This document shows positions 38,190 to 46,194 of a stretch of DNA of 64,000 nt, piece by piece. The position numbers and the translations under genes are program-made. This stretch comes from Candidatus Latescibacterota bacterium. GTDB lineage: Bacteria; Latescibacterota; UBA2968; GCA-2709665. The notes under the pieces are model-generated. The model did no database searches. It worked only from the letters and a program-made list of their open reading frames with translations, and was not told the DNA's origin. Where the stretch lies: contig OZ252100.1 of assembly GCA_965248435.1 (NCBI GenBank), forward strand, positions 96,001 through 160,000, given 5' to 3'. Each line of letters begins with the position of its first letter. The first letter of the stretch is position 1.

Positions 38190-39341
38190 TTAGAATGGTT
38201 TATAGGCGACGCCGAGATTTGGCGTCTCTATTCGGACGTGGCCTCTGTGTCTGGACTCCATCAGTGCATCAAGCACGCCGCTGACCAACAGGGTGCGCTC
38301 CACCGGGTATTGGGGTCTGCCGCTCAGGAACATCTCCTGGATGCTCAGCCCAAGGGCACTGAACGGTAGTTCGAGACCGCCCCTCGGGTTGAACTCGGCA
38401 CTCTCCATACGTCCATCTACCCGCGCCGCATACCCGAAGCCGCGGAGATGTCCGTCCAGCATCAGCGTGGCGGCGCGCAACCCATCCGCATATTCCAGCA
38501 GAAAGACCGCCGGATTCCTGCAGTTTTCTTCCATACTTCCTGTCTCTTTCGGCCCGACGCAGGCCTCCGCGGCCTCAGCCAGCTCACGCGACCAGATTCC
38601 TTCTCTACCTGCCCGCCACACATCCTCGCCTTCGAGGCACTGAACGGCCGAAACGCCCGTCTCACCCCTGGTTCGGCGCTCGACGACGCATTGCAGGGCC
38701 TCCAGACCGTGGAATCCGTAGGAGTCGAGCGCGTTCACATAGGAATGGAAGTAGCCGATGGCCAGTGCCTCTTCGATCGACGATCCGATCTCCGGCTTGC
38801 GACAGACGAGGGGCAGAGAGGAGCCGGCCATCATTGGTACTTCCAGATCCCGGGCGCGCTCATAGATCCACCACGCGTCCGCCCAGTTGTAAGCCAGGTG
38901 CTTGTCGTGGAAAACGGGCACGGATCGCCCCGAGGTGGCGAAGACGCCGCAGACCTGCTCGAAGAAGTAGCGGCGCGGATACATCTGCCGCTGTCGTTCG
39001 TTCCCAGAGTAGTCTCCGTGCTCGGCGACTAAGAGCACGCCGTCCACCGCAAGCTCTCCGGTCTGCCAGTCATCCGCGGTCGGCCAGTGGCCCGCGCTCG
39101 GAGGGGTCAATGTGAGGGCCGCACGGATGCTCGGACAGACGACGATATCGTGCCTTCGGGCCAGATCTATCCCGACGTCGCTGGGATGAATCTGGTCCAT
39201 GTAGATCGATACGAGGTCCACTTTCGGCTCGACAACACCATTATCCCGCGGAAATCCGTCCGCAAATTTGGACACGATCAGATCGGCGTGTGACCCGGAA
39301 AAATAGGTCGTCACAATCGCCGCGATCTTCTTGCGTGGCAT
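38190..39341 (-). CDS. Conserved hypothetical protein (oxidoreductase-like)
   Basis: SHAD, VDGVLLVAEHGDY, DKHL, MAGSS, YGFHGLE, YPVERTLL. Confidence 0.7.
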   Translation of the reverse strand: MPRKKIAAIVTTYFSGSHADLIVSKFADGFPRDNGVVEPKVDLVSIYMDQIHPSDVGIDLARRHDIVVCPSIRAALTLTPPSAGHWPTADDWQTGELAVDGVLLVAEHGDYSGNERQRQMYPRRYFFEQVCGVFATSGRSVPVFHDKHLAYNWADAWWIYERARDLEVPMMAGSSLPLVCRKPEIGSSIEEALAIGYFHSYVNALDSYGFHGLEALQCVVERRTRGETGVSAVQCLEGEDVWRAGREGIWSRELAEAAEACVGPKETGSMEENCRNPAVFLLEYADGLRAATLMLDGHLRGFGYAARVDGRMESAEFNPRGGLELPFSALGLSIQEMFLSGRPQYPVERTLLVSGVLDALMESRHRGHVRIETPNLGVAYKPF

Positions 39342-39358
39342 AGCAGTCTACCCTGAGA

Positions 39359-41317
39359 TTACCACCCGTGAGCGAAGTGCCGGGAGGTCTCAAACCAGAT
39401 CATGTCGACAACGGTGGAGACGCCCACCGCGGTCAGATAACCGACGATGAACCCGTACCAGAAAGGCACAGAGCGCCGGTAAAGCCTTACGCCGCCGATC
39501 CGGATGATTAGATACTTGGGCAGCCAGACCAGGAAGAGGCTGAATCCGTAAAACTGCGGGAAAGCCAGTCCCATCGGATGAATCGGCCAGCCGGAAAATC
39601 GGGACATCAGGAAGGTGAGCAGCCCGGCCTCGGCCCCGCCGAAGATCCAGACGAGCAGCTTCTGGGTGTCGAAAAAGGTAAGCGACGAGCCTTCCACGAT
39701 CGGAACGATCCTCGCCATGGTCCTCCAGGCGCCCATTTCGTGGTGACTGTTCAGGCCGGCCTCCCTGTAGAACATGGTGATGTTGGCCCAGGAGGCGGAC
39801 ACATAGGCAACGAGCAATGCTGCGGGCAGGGCACCCCAGACGAGGGGATGCCGGCGGAGGGCATTCCCCAGCAGCTTGAAGAAGTGGGGCGTCGCGGGGA
39901 CCGACAACAGGCGTGCGCCTGCTCCGACGAACCCGTGGAAGCCCACGATCGCCATCCCCATCAGATCGCCCGGCATCAGATTTGCCGTCCCCCAGAGCTT
40001 TTCAATAATCCGGGCTCCTTTATCGCCCTGGGGTCTCAAAAACCCGAACCCGGTTGCCGCAGAGTATTTGACGATGCCGAAGTAGGCCACGAACATCAGG
40101 GCCATCTGGATCAACGCGATGTGTGGACGGAACCCGAGGGTGAGGAAGAACCCGAACACGAACGTCCCCGAACAGAGGAGACCCAGCCAGGCCGTTCGAT
40201 AGGTGACCGGCACCCCGTCATCTTCGGGCCTACGATAATAGAATGCCTTTCTGAAGGTGTCCCTCAAATGGTGTCGGGACATCCAGACCGACCAGGCGAC
40301 CAGGAAGACCAGGGCCCCGTGGGCCTCGAGCTGAATGATGTCGCTCGGCGTGGCGGGCTGGCCTTCCATGCCGACAGAGAATCCCACCCGGTTCATGAAC
40401 CCCTCTTTCAGAATGTTGAGGGGATATATGATCCAGAACGTGAGCAGAAGGTTGAGGGGACAGTGGTAGGCCAGCCCCATGATCAGCGGTTGGACCCGAA
40501 TGAAGTAGGGAGGGAATCCGCGACCGATATGGATCACCTGCCTCCCGAGCTCCTCGAACAGCATGATCCTTGGCAGGTGGAGGATGAAGTAGCCGGCGAT
40601 GTTCCAGAAGATCACAGCCGCGGTAGAAAAGAAACCCACCCAGAAGAGCCAGTCCTTGAGGATCCGCGGCAGGCCGCGGCCCCGTTCCGATTCCTCCAGG
40701 AGGTCGCTCGGGAATTTCGACAGGGGAAAGGTCAAGCGCTCCCTGTCTGTCCACTGCTTGAAGAAGATCACGCTCGCGAAGAAGCCGGACATCACCACCC
40801 CCAGAGTGCCCAGGAACCACCAGACAAGCGGTGAGATCCACGGACCCCAGGGGATCGGGTCGCCCGGGGCCAGCCCGGCGAAGAGCCTTCCGACGACGTA
40901 ATCCGACGGTTCCAGGTAGAGCCACTTCGGGACATAAGGCCATCCCACATCCCAGAACCGGTTCTCGGGTGAAGAGAAGTGTGCGGGTGCGGCCATCTGA
41001 GTGATCTGGTAGCTCATTTTCCCCATCTGGGGCATGGTGGCGACGATCCAGACGATCCCGAAGATAGCCAGCATCTCTATGCGGGAAAGCGCGAGACGTG
41101 GAAACGCGAATCTCAGCGCCAGGTTGATCATGATCCAGATCACGAGCGGGAGCAGGGCAGCCACCGGCATGAAATGCGTCATCAGGTGAGACTTGTAGAA
41201 CGTCGCGTAGATGTCCATCCCGGCGATAGTGATTAACCCCAGGAGGAACGCGCGCGGCGTGACGCGCTCCTTGACGACCTTCGGTACAGGTTCGGCAATA
41301 GGTTGGGCTACGGCCAT
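39359..41317 (-). CDS. Large polytopic membrane protein (DUF6785/DUF6784-like putative transporter)
   Basis: KQWTDRERLTFPL, WPIHPMG, K..I.R.GG..LYR...PFWYGFIVG. Confidence 0.7.
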   Translation of the reverse strand: MAVAQPIAEPVPKVVKERVTPRAFLLGLITIAGMDIYATFYKSHLMTHFMPVAALLPLVIWIMINLALRFAFPRLALSRIEMLAIFGIVWIVATMPQMGKMSYQITQMAAPAHFSSPENRFWDVGWPYVPKWLYLEPSDYVVGRLFAGLAPGDPIPWGPWISPLVWWFLGTLGVVMSGFFASVIFFKQWTDRERLTFPLSKFPSDLLEESERGRGLPRILKDWLFWVGFFSTAAVIFWNIAGYFILHLPRIMLFEELGRQVIHIGRGFPPYFIRVQPLIMGLAYHCPLNLLLTFWIIYPLNILKEGFMNRVGFSVGMEGQPATPSDIIQLEAHGALVFLVAWSVWMSRHHLRDTFRKAFYYRRPEDDGVPVTYRTAWLGLLCSGTFVFGFFLTLGFRPHIALIQMALMFVAYFGIVKYSAATGFGFLRPQGDKGARIIEKLWGTANLMPGDLMGMAIVGFHGFVGAGARLLSVPATPHFFKLLGNALRRHPLVWGALPAALLVAYVSASWANITMFYREAGLNSHHEMGAWRTMARIVPIVEGSSLTFFDTQKLLVWIFGGAEAGLLTFLMSRFSGWPIHPMGLAFPQFYGFSLFLVWLPKYLIIRIGGVRLYRRSVPFWYGFIVGYLTAVGVSTVVDMIWFETSRHFAHGW

Positions 41318-41461
41318 AGTGAGGTCTCTGCTGACGAATACGTCGCGTCAATACTGAAGAAAATCGACCCTGGCTTTAAAGCTTGACAGCATAAGCGCAT
41401 TCCACATAAATTGCTGGTCAGCAAACCCTTCCATGTCGGGGGATATGGGTCAGGGGCAACG

Positions 41462-41842
41462 ATGTTCAAATTTTTCAGGCAGATATTTGGGGATCCCAGG
41501 AAAGATTCAAAGCGGATCCCCATCGAATTGGTCGTGAGGACGGTCGATACCGAGGGCCAGACCAGAGAGGGAAGATCCGAAGATTTGAGCCATAAGGGTA
41601 TTCGGCTGGTGTTCAACGGATCCAGTATGGCGCAGTTCATGGGTCACCGGGAGGAAGTTCCGCTGGAGATCTGCTTGGAGAATGGTTCCCCGTCAGTGAG
41701 TGCAAGCGCGGGTCTGAAATGGGCCTACTCGACCTCCGAAGGCAGTACCGTTAGCGGATGGCAGTTCGTCCACGTTCCTGTAGACGGTCGTCGGAGACTC
41801 GAGGCCTTTTTGGCTCAGCGCGGATCTGATGAGAAGGCCTGA
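41462..41842 (+). CDS. PilZ-domain protein
   Basis: RKDSKR (RxxxR-like) and DLSHKG (DxSxxG). Confidence 0.75.
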   Translation: MFKFFRQIFGDPRKDSKRIPIELVVRTVDTEGQTREGRSEDLSHKGIRLVFNGSSMAQFMGHREEVPLEICLENGSPSVSASAGLKWAYSTSEGSTVSGWQFVHVPVDGRRRLEAFLAQRGSDEKA

Positions 41843-41848
41843 GATGGA

Positions 41849-42433
41849 ATGCTGAAGCGACTGTATGACTGGGTAATGGGATGGTCTGATAGCCGCTACA
41901 GCACCCCCGCACTCTTCTTCATTGCCTTTGCCGAATCTTCTTTTTTTCCTATTCCTCCCGATGTCCTCCTGATCGCCCTGGCGATTTCCGCTTCACATCG
42001 CTCCCTGTTTTACGCGCTGGTCTGTTCTGTTGGCTCCGTGCTGGGTGGAATGCTCGGCTACTTCATCGGGCTGGAGTTCTATGAGTTCCTGGGCCACCGA
42101 ATCATAGAGTTCTACGGGGTGTCGGAGCAGTTCGACTACGTCGGGGGCCGGTATCGGGAGAACGCCTTCCTCGCCGTGGTCATCGCGGGATTTACCCCGA
42201 TCCCCTATAAGGTCTTCACGGTCGCGGCCGGCCTGTTTCGCATCCCTTTCTTCACGCTCGTGGCGGCTTCGGTTTTGGGGAGGTCCGGGCGCTTTTTTCT
42301 GGTGGGCGGGCTGTTTCGTTTCTTCGGTCCATCCATCAAGACGCTCATCGACCGCTATCTCAACATCCTGTCGATCCTGTTTGTGATCCTTCTGGTGCTC
42401 GGGTTTATCGGGATGAAATGGATGATTGGCTAG
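41849..42433 (+). CDS. YqaA/DedA (VTT) family membrane protein
   Basis: FAESSFFPIPPD, AGFTPIPYKVFT, GRSGRF. Confidence 0.92.
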   Translation: MLKRLYDWVMGWSDSRYSTPALFFIAFAESSFFPIPPDVLLIALAISASHRSLFYALVCSVGSVLGGMLGYFIGLEFYEFLGHRIIEFYGVSEQFDYVGGRYRENAFLAVVIAGFTPIPYKVFTVAAGLFRIPFFTLVAASVLGRSGRFFLVGGLFRFFGPSIKTLIDRYLNILSILFVILLVLGFIGMKWMIG

Positions 42434-42572
42434 AGGCGGACCGCAGACGACGGACCGCAGACCGCATTATGAGTAGCGTGATGTTTCAGGGTTAGGCCGT
42501 CCGTTGTCTGTGGTCGTGAAGAACAACTTTGTCACTTTCTTTCGTGCTTTGGCGAAGACCTCGCCGGCTTTT

Positions 42573-42701
42573 GTAGTCGCACCCTTCAGGGTGCGCGCAG
42601 GCAATCACGTTCGTGAGGGGTCGGCGATCACATAGAAGCGATGCCATTTCGCGCCTGTTGCGAATCCTTTGAGCGTGCCGCAGGCTGAAGCCTGCGACTA
42701 C
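42573..42701. repeat. GTAG-type REP doublet (REPIN-like)
   Basis: GTAGTCGCACCCTTCAGGGTGCG ... CGCAGGCTGAAGCCTGCGACTAC in inverted orientation. Confidence 0.7.
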
Positions 42702-43963
42702 GGTTTTGAACTCTCCTCGACTCTTTCCCTCACCGGTCCTTTCTGCGCCTCATTGTACAATTCCTCGAACCGCTTCGTTCCGTCGTCATCCACCGCCTCC
42801 AGGTAAGCGCCCCGTTCGCTGATCGGCTGGGCCTCCAGCGCATAGACCCCCCGGAGTTTCTGCTGACCGCATCCGTACCAGGTGATCTCTCCGCTTTTCC
42901 GCACGTAGCGAAGGAGGTGCCTGGGCGGGTCTAAGAAATCGTATTCCACCTGCGTTCGATCCAGCTGCGCCAGATCCAGATCGATCCCCAGCCCAGGGGC
43001 CTCAGGCACTCGGATGACCCCGGCCCTGACTTCCAGCCTGGGAAGGATCAGCTGATGCTGATAGATGTTCATGCAGGTGATGGCCGGCCAGGTAGCCGGG
43101 GAGATTACGGCGCCGAGGTGCATTGCCCACGCTGTCGTAACGCCGGTCCCTGTGAGTTGCAGAAAGAGCGGTTTTTTCGCCTCGTGGCAGATGACAGCCC
43201 GGGAAAGGGATTCAGAGGCGCCCCTGTTGATGACGAAGCCGTCCACGATCTCTTCCTTGAGCGCCGTTAGGACGGGTGGACTTCCGAAGTGCATGGCGAT
43301 CGGCCGGTTGATGTGCGTTCGGATCTGACGGTTTCCAGCGACGTCGTCTTGAGGGATCGGCGTCTCGATCATCGCGACTTCCTCGTAGCGCTCCAGCTCC
43401 TTCAGGTGGGGGACCGCGTTCGCCGCGTTGACGAGTGAGCCGTTGTAGTCCAGGTCCAGGTGGAACCCGGCCGGCACCACCTTTTGCACGGCCTGGATCG
43501 CTGCATGGAGATCGAACCAGGGCCTCGCCTTCGTCTTGGTGCTCGTGTAGCCTGCCTCGACCGCCTGACGGCACTCCTCCGCCCAGCCTTCCGGCGGCAT
43601 GTCCATCGTCCACCAGCTGATCGGACACGAGTCCCGCACCTTCATCCCGAGGAGCTTGTAGACGGGCACCTCGAGATGTTTGGCGAGCCCGTCGAACAGG
43701 GCGATCTGGACCCCGGCGCCGAGCTCGTCGTCCCACATCAGCTCGGCTGCCTTGCGGCCCAGGATGCGGTCCTCGATGTCGTCGGGCACCCTGCAGTAGG
43801 TGTAGTTTTGAATCGTTTCGCCGATGCCCGTGATGCCGTTGTCGAATTCGATTCGGCAGATCTGGGTGATCCGCCAGTGGGGGATCCAGTACTGAAGGTG
43901 TTGGTTGGCGTGAGGAGTGAACGGGATGTCGTGGAACGTCAGGTCGATGGATGTGATCTTCAT
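42698..43963 (-). CDS. Mandelate racemase / muconate lactonizing enzyme family protein
   Basis: ALFD..AK.L.VPVYKLLG, KTKARP, LDYN, IETP, PEAPGLGI. Confidence 0.88.
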   Translation of the reverse strand: MKITSIDLTFHDIPFTPHANQHLQYWIPHWRITQICRIEFDNGITGIGETIQNYTYCRVPDDIEDRILGRKAAELMWDDELGAGVQIALFDGLAKHLEVPVYKLLGMKVRDSCPISWWTMDMPPEGWAEECRQAVEAGYTSTKTKARPWFDLHAAIQAVQKVVPAGFHLDLDYNGSLVNAANAVPHLKELERYEEVAMIETPIPQDDVAGNRQIRTHINRPIAMHFGSPPVLTALKEEIVDGFVINRGASESLSRAVICHEAKKPLFLQLTGTGVTTAWAMHLGAVISPATWPAITCMNIYQHQLILPRLEVRAGVIRVPEAPGLGIDLDLAQLDRTQVEYDFLDPPRHLLRYVRKSGEITWYGCGQQKLRGVYALEAQPISERGAYLEAVDDDGTKRFEELYNEAQKGPVRERVEESSKP

Positions 43964-43995
43964 TAGGCACCTTCCATTTCCGAGAAAATTGGCGT

Positions 43996-44024
43996 GTAGA
44001 GACGTCCCGATGGGGCGTCTCTAC
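43996..44024. repeat. GTAG-type palindromic REP
   Basis: GTAGAGACGTCCC-GAT-GGGGCGTCTCTAC. Confidence 0.6.
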
Positions 44025-44052
44025 TGTGTGCCAAACGGTGCGATGCGCGTTG

Positions 44053-44385
44053 CTATAGATATCGTTTCCTTTCCGCGAGCATCCCGAGGCCAATGAACGC
44101 TGCGACGATCACAGGTGCGAGGTAGCGATCTCCGAAGTATAGAAATGCCTTCGATATCAGCGGCGTCATCCAGACGGCCAGCATGCCGTAGCCGAACGTG
44201 CAGAGCAGGATGAAGACCAGGGTTCTGACCAGAAAGGGTCGAGTGCGCACGGCCTTCTTCACAAAACGGTTGACGTTGTCGCCGAAGACAACCAGGAGGA
44301 CGAGGGTGAAAGCGGTCGAGATCGTGGCCAGGTGTGTGCGGGCGAATGCGGTGACCTGGGTAAGTAGATCAGGCAGTGAATCCAT
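44053..44385 (-). CDS. Small membrane protein (DUF3392-like)
   Basis: LLVVFGDNVN, FILLCTFGYG, G.LAER. Confidence 0.7.
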   Translation of the reverse strand: MDSLPDLLTQVTAFARTHLATISTAFTLVLLVVFGDNVNRFVKKAVRTRPFLVRTLVFILLCTFGYGMLAVWMTPLISKAFLYFGDRYLAPVIVAAFIGLGMLAERKRYL

Positions 44386-44581
44386 CGGATCTCCATCGTA
44401 TCAGCGGCAAGAGGAGAATTGTGACGACCCCGAATATCGGACGCGGCCGCTTGAAAGTCAACCTGACCCCAACGTCCAACCCCGGGTGGGTTCTGAGAGA
44501 CCATTCTTGGAGAATTCTGCTTGCCGCGCTTCGGATTTCTTGTATTTTTAGCAGGCCAATTGAGCTTATTCGAAAAAGGGT

Positions 44582-44658
44582 CGGGGCGTGGCTCAGCCCG
44601 GTAGAGCGCCTGCTTCGGGAGCAGGAGGCCGGAGGTTCAAATCCTCTCGCCCCGACCA
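44582..44658 (+). tRNA. tRNA-Pro(CGG)
   Basis: CGGGGCG/CGCCCCG acceptor, CCTGC-TTCGGGA-GCAGG anticodon arm, GTTCAAATC, CCA. Confidence 0.96.
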
Positions 44659-44916
44659 AGCTTAAGACAAACGGACACTGAGGGTTACGGTGAAGACTGA
44701 AACACACCTCAGTGTCCGTTTTTTGTTGCCCTGCTAACAGGGTGCTAACAAGAGAGTTATTTCTGCCACTCTGTCACAGGCATGGGTTGCTTAAGTTCGG
44801 TTCGGAATCTTCGGTCATCGGCAAAAGTTGAAAACTTTTCAGAAGTCGACTATGTTTGGTTGGGTGGGCTATTCAGGATTGTTCAGGATAAATCGCTAGG
44901 GAGCTGGAGAGACAAA

Positions 44917-45423
44917 ATGGAGCCCGCTGTTGCAGGTCTTCTAGGTGCGCTTATTGGAGGCGGGGCCGCCATTGGTGCCGCCTTCGTAGCAAGCTGGCTG
45001 CATGGACGATCGGAACGTAGAGCGTGGATACGAATCAGGAAAGCTGAAGCCTACGCGGCATCTATTGCCCATCTCCTTCGAGCTGTGAACAAAAGGTCGG
45101 AGTTCACTCCAGAGGGGGTGGCCGTTCTCGGAAAAGATATTATTGCGGAGTGGGTCGACGAGATTAGCGACGCCCAGTCGTCTATAGCGGTTCTGGCGGT
45201 TTACTGTTCACAGAAGGTGAAGGGCCGGATTGAGAATGCTGTGACCGAGATGGACAATGTCACCTTCCATCTCCTACAGGCGGCAGCAAAAGCGAAAGCA
45301 GGATACACAGAATCGGAGGCCTCCGCGACGCTTGATAAGCGTCCACTTCCCCAGGTACTCCTAGAGCTATACGAGACAGTGAAATCATGTGCTCGCGAGG
45401 ACGTTGGCAACTTGAGTGTGTAA
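44917..45423 (+). CDS. Hypothetical protein with N-terminal TM helix
   Basis: GGAG RBS; AGLLGALIGGGAAIGAAFVA followed by a helical domain. Confidence 0.7.
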   Translation: MEPAVAGLLGALIGGGAAIGAAFVASWLHGRSERRAWIRIRKAEAYAASIAHLLRAVNKRSEFTPEGVAVLGKDIIAEWVDEISDAQSSIAVLAVYCSQKVKGRIENAVTEMDNVTFHLLQAAAKAKAGYTESEASATLDKRPLPQVLLELYETVKSCAREDVGNLSV

Positions 45424-45535
45424 TAGACTAAGCGGCTGGTTCATTTGTAGAGTGGGCCGTGATCTCGGTCGCTCCGAGAGAGCGGACGCCTGGTTCGTCC
45501 GGCGGCCCATTTTCTCCTGGGAGGAGGAGTGTTAG

Positions 45536-45870
45536 ATGGATAAGCCTTTATTTGGGCATGGGCAAAAGTGGCTTGCCCCACGCGTTGAGCTCCCGGAATT
45601 TGAGGAGGAAAATCCGGTAATCTGGCTGAAGTCACACTTCAAGATTGTTGAGCCGCATGTCTTCGACGCCTACGCCTTTGAAAATCTTACTGTGGAGGAT
45701 ATCGACTTCCTCAACGATCTATACGATCTGCCGAGACGCGGACGCCCGGGCTTCGAAGTCTGGATAGGCACTTTCCACGAGGTCAACTGGAGGTTCGAGC
45801 TCCAATATGGGGACAAGGCCCGGATCGAGGCAGGGTGCTTGAGGGGAAAGCATCTCGCATCTGGCGCTCG
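45536..45870 (+). pseudogene. Hypothetical gene, probably truncated at the junction with the integrase remnant
   Basis: Strong RBS GGAGGAGG; the ORF runs out of frame into integrase-derived sequence. End approximate. Confidence 0.4.
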
Positions 45871-46145
45871 ATTCACATCAGCCAGCGTGTCTTCGAGCCT
45901 GCACTAAAGGCTGCCGGGATCCGCAAGATTCGGCTCCATGATCTGAGGCACACCACAGCTTCCTTATTAATCGCCCAGGGCGAAAGTCCCAAGTACATCC
46001 AGAAACAACTGAGGCATGCCTCCATTGATAGAACCTTTGTGACCGATATGGCCACTTGTTTCCAGATACGAACCGAGCTGTTGCCCGCAGGCTTGACCAA
46101 GCTCTGTTCGGCGCTACTGGACAGGTTGCACAGGCGTCCTTATAG
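45871..46145 (+). pseudogene. Tyrosine integrase C-terminal remnant, frameshifted
   Basis: KIRLHDLRHTTASLLIAQGESPKYIQKQLRHASI, then frameshift near 46040 to DRYGHLFP; N-terminus missing. Confidence 0.9.
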
Positions 46146-46194
46146 ACGGTAGGATGGTTCTGAGAATCTGCGACCCAACACGGAGACGATTCAC

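Noticed and set aside
39578-41351. Long alternative ORFs (418 aa plus strand, 373 aa minus strand); similar ones at 2892-3776, 36834-37796, 43212-44093
   Set aside because: Antisense or alternate-frame shadows of recognisable genes in GC-rich DNA; no motifs.
42437-42516. Short repeats (CGGACCGCAGAC; also 60892-61085) as a CRISPR array
   Set aside because: Units are 7-14 bp with no unique spacers and no cas genes.
45424-45537. Possible integron attC ending in GTTAGAT
   Set aside because: No complementary RYYYAAC box and no integron integrase.
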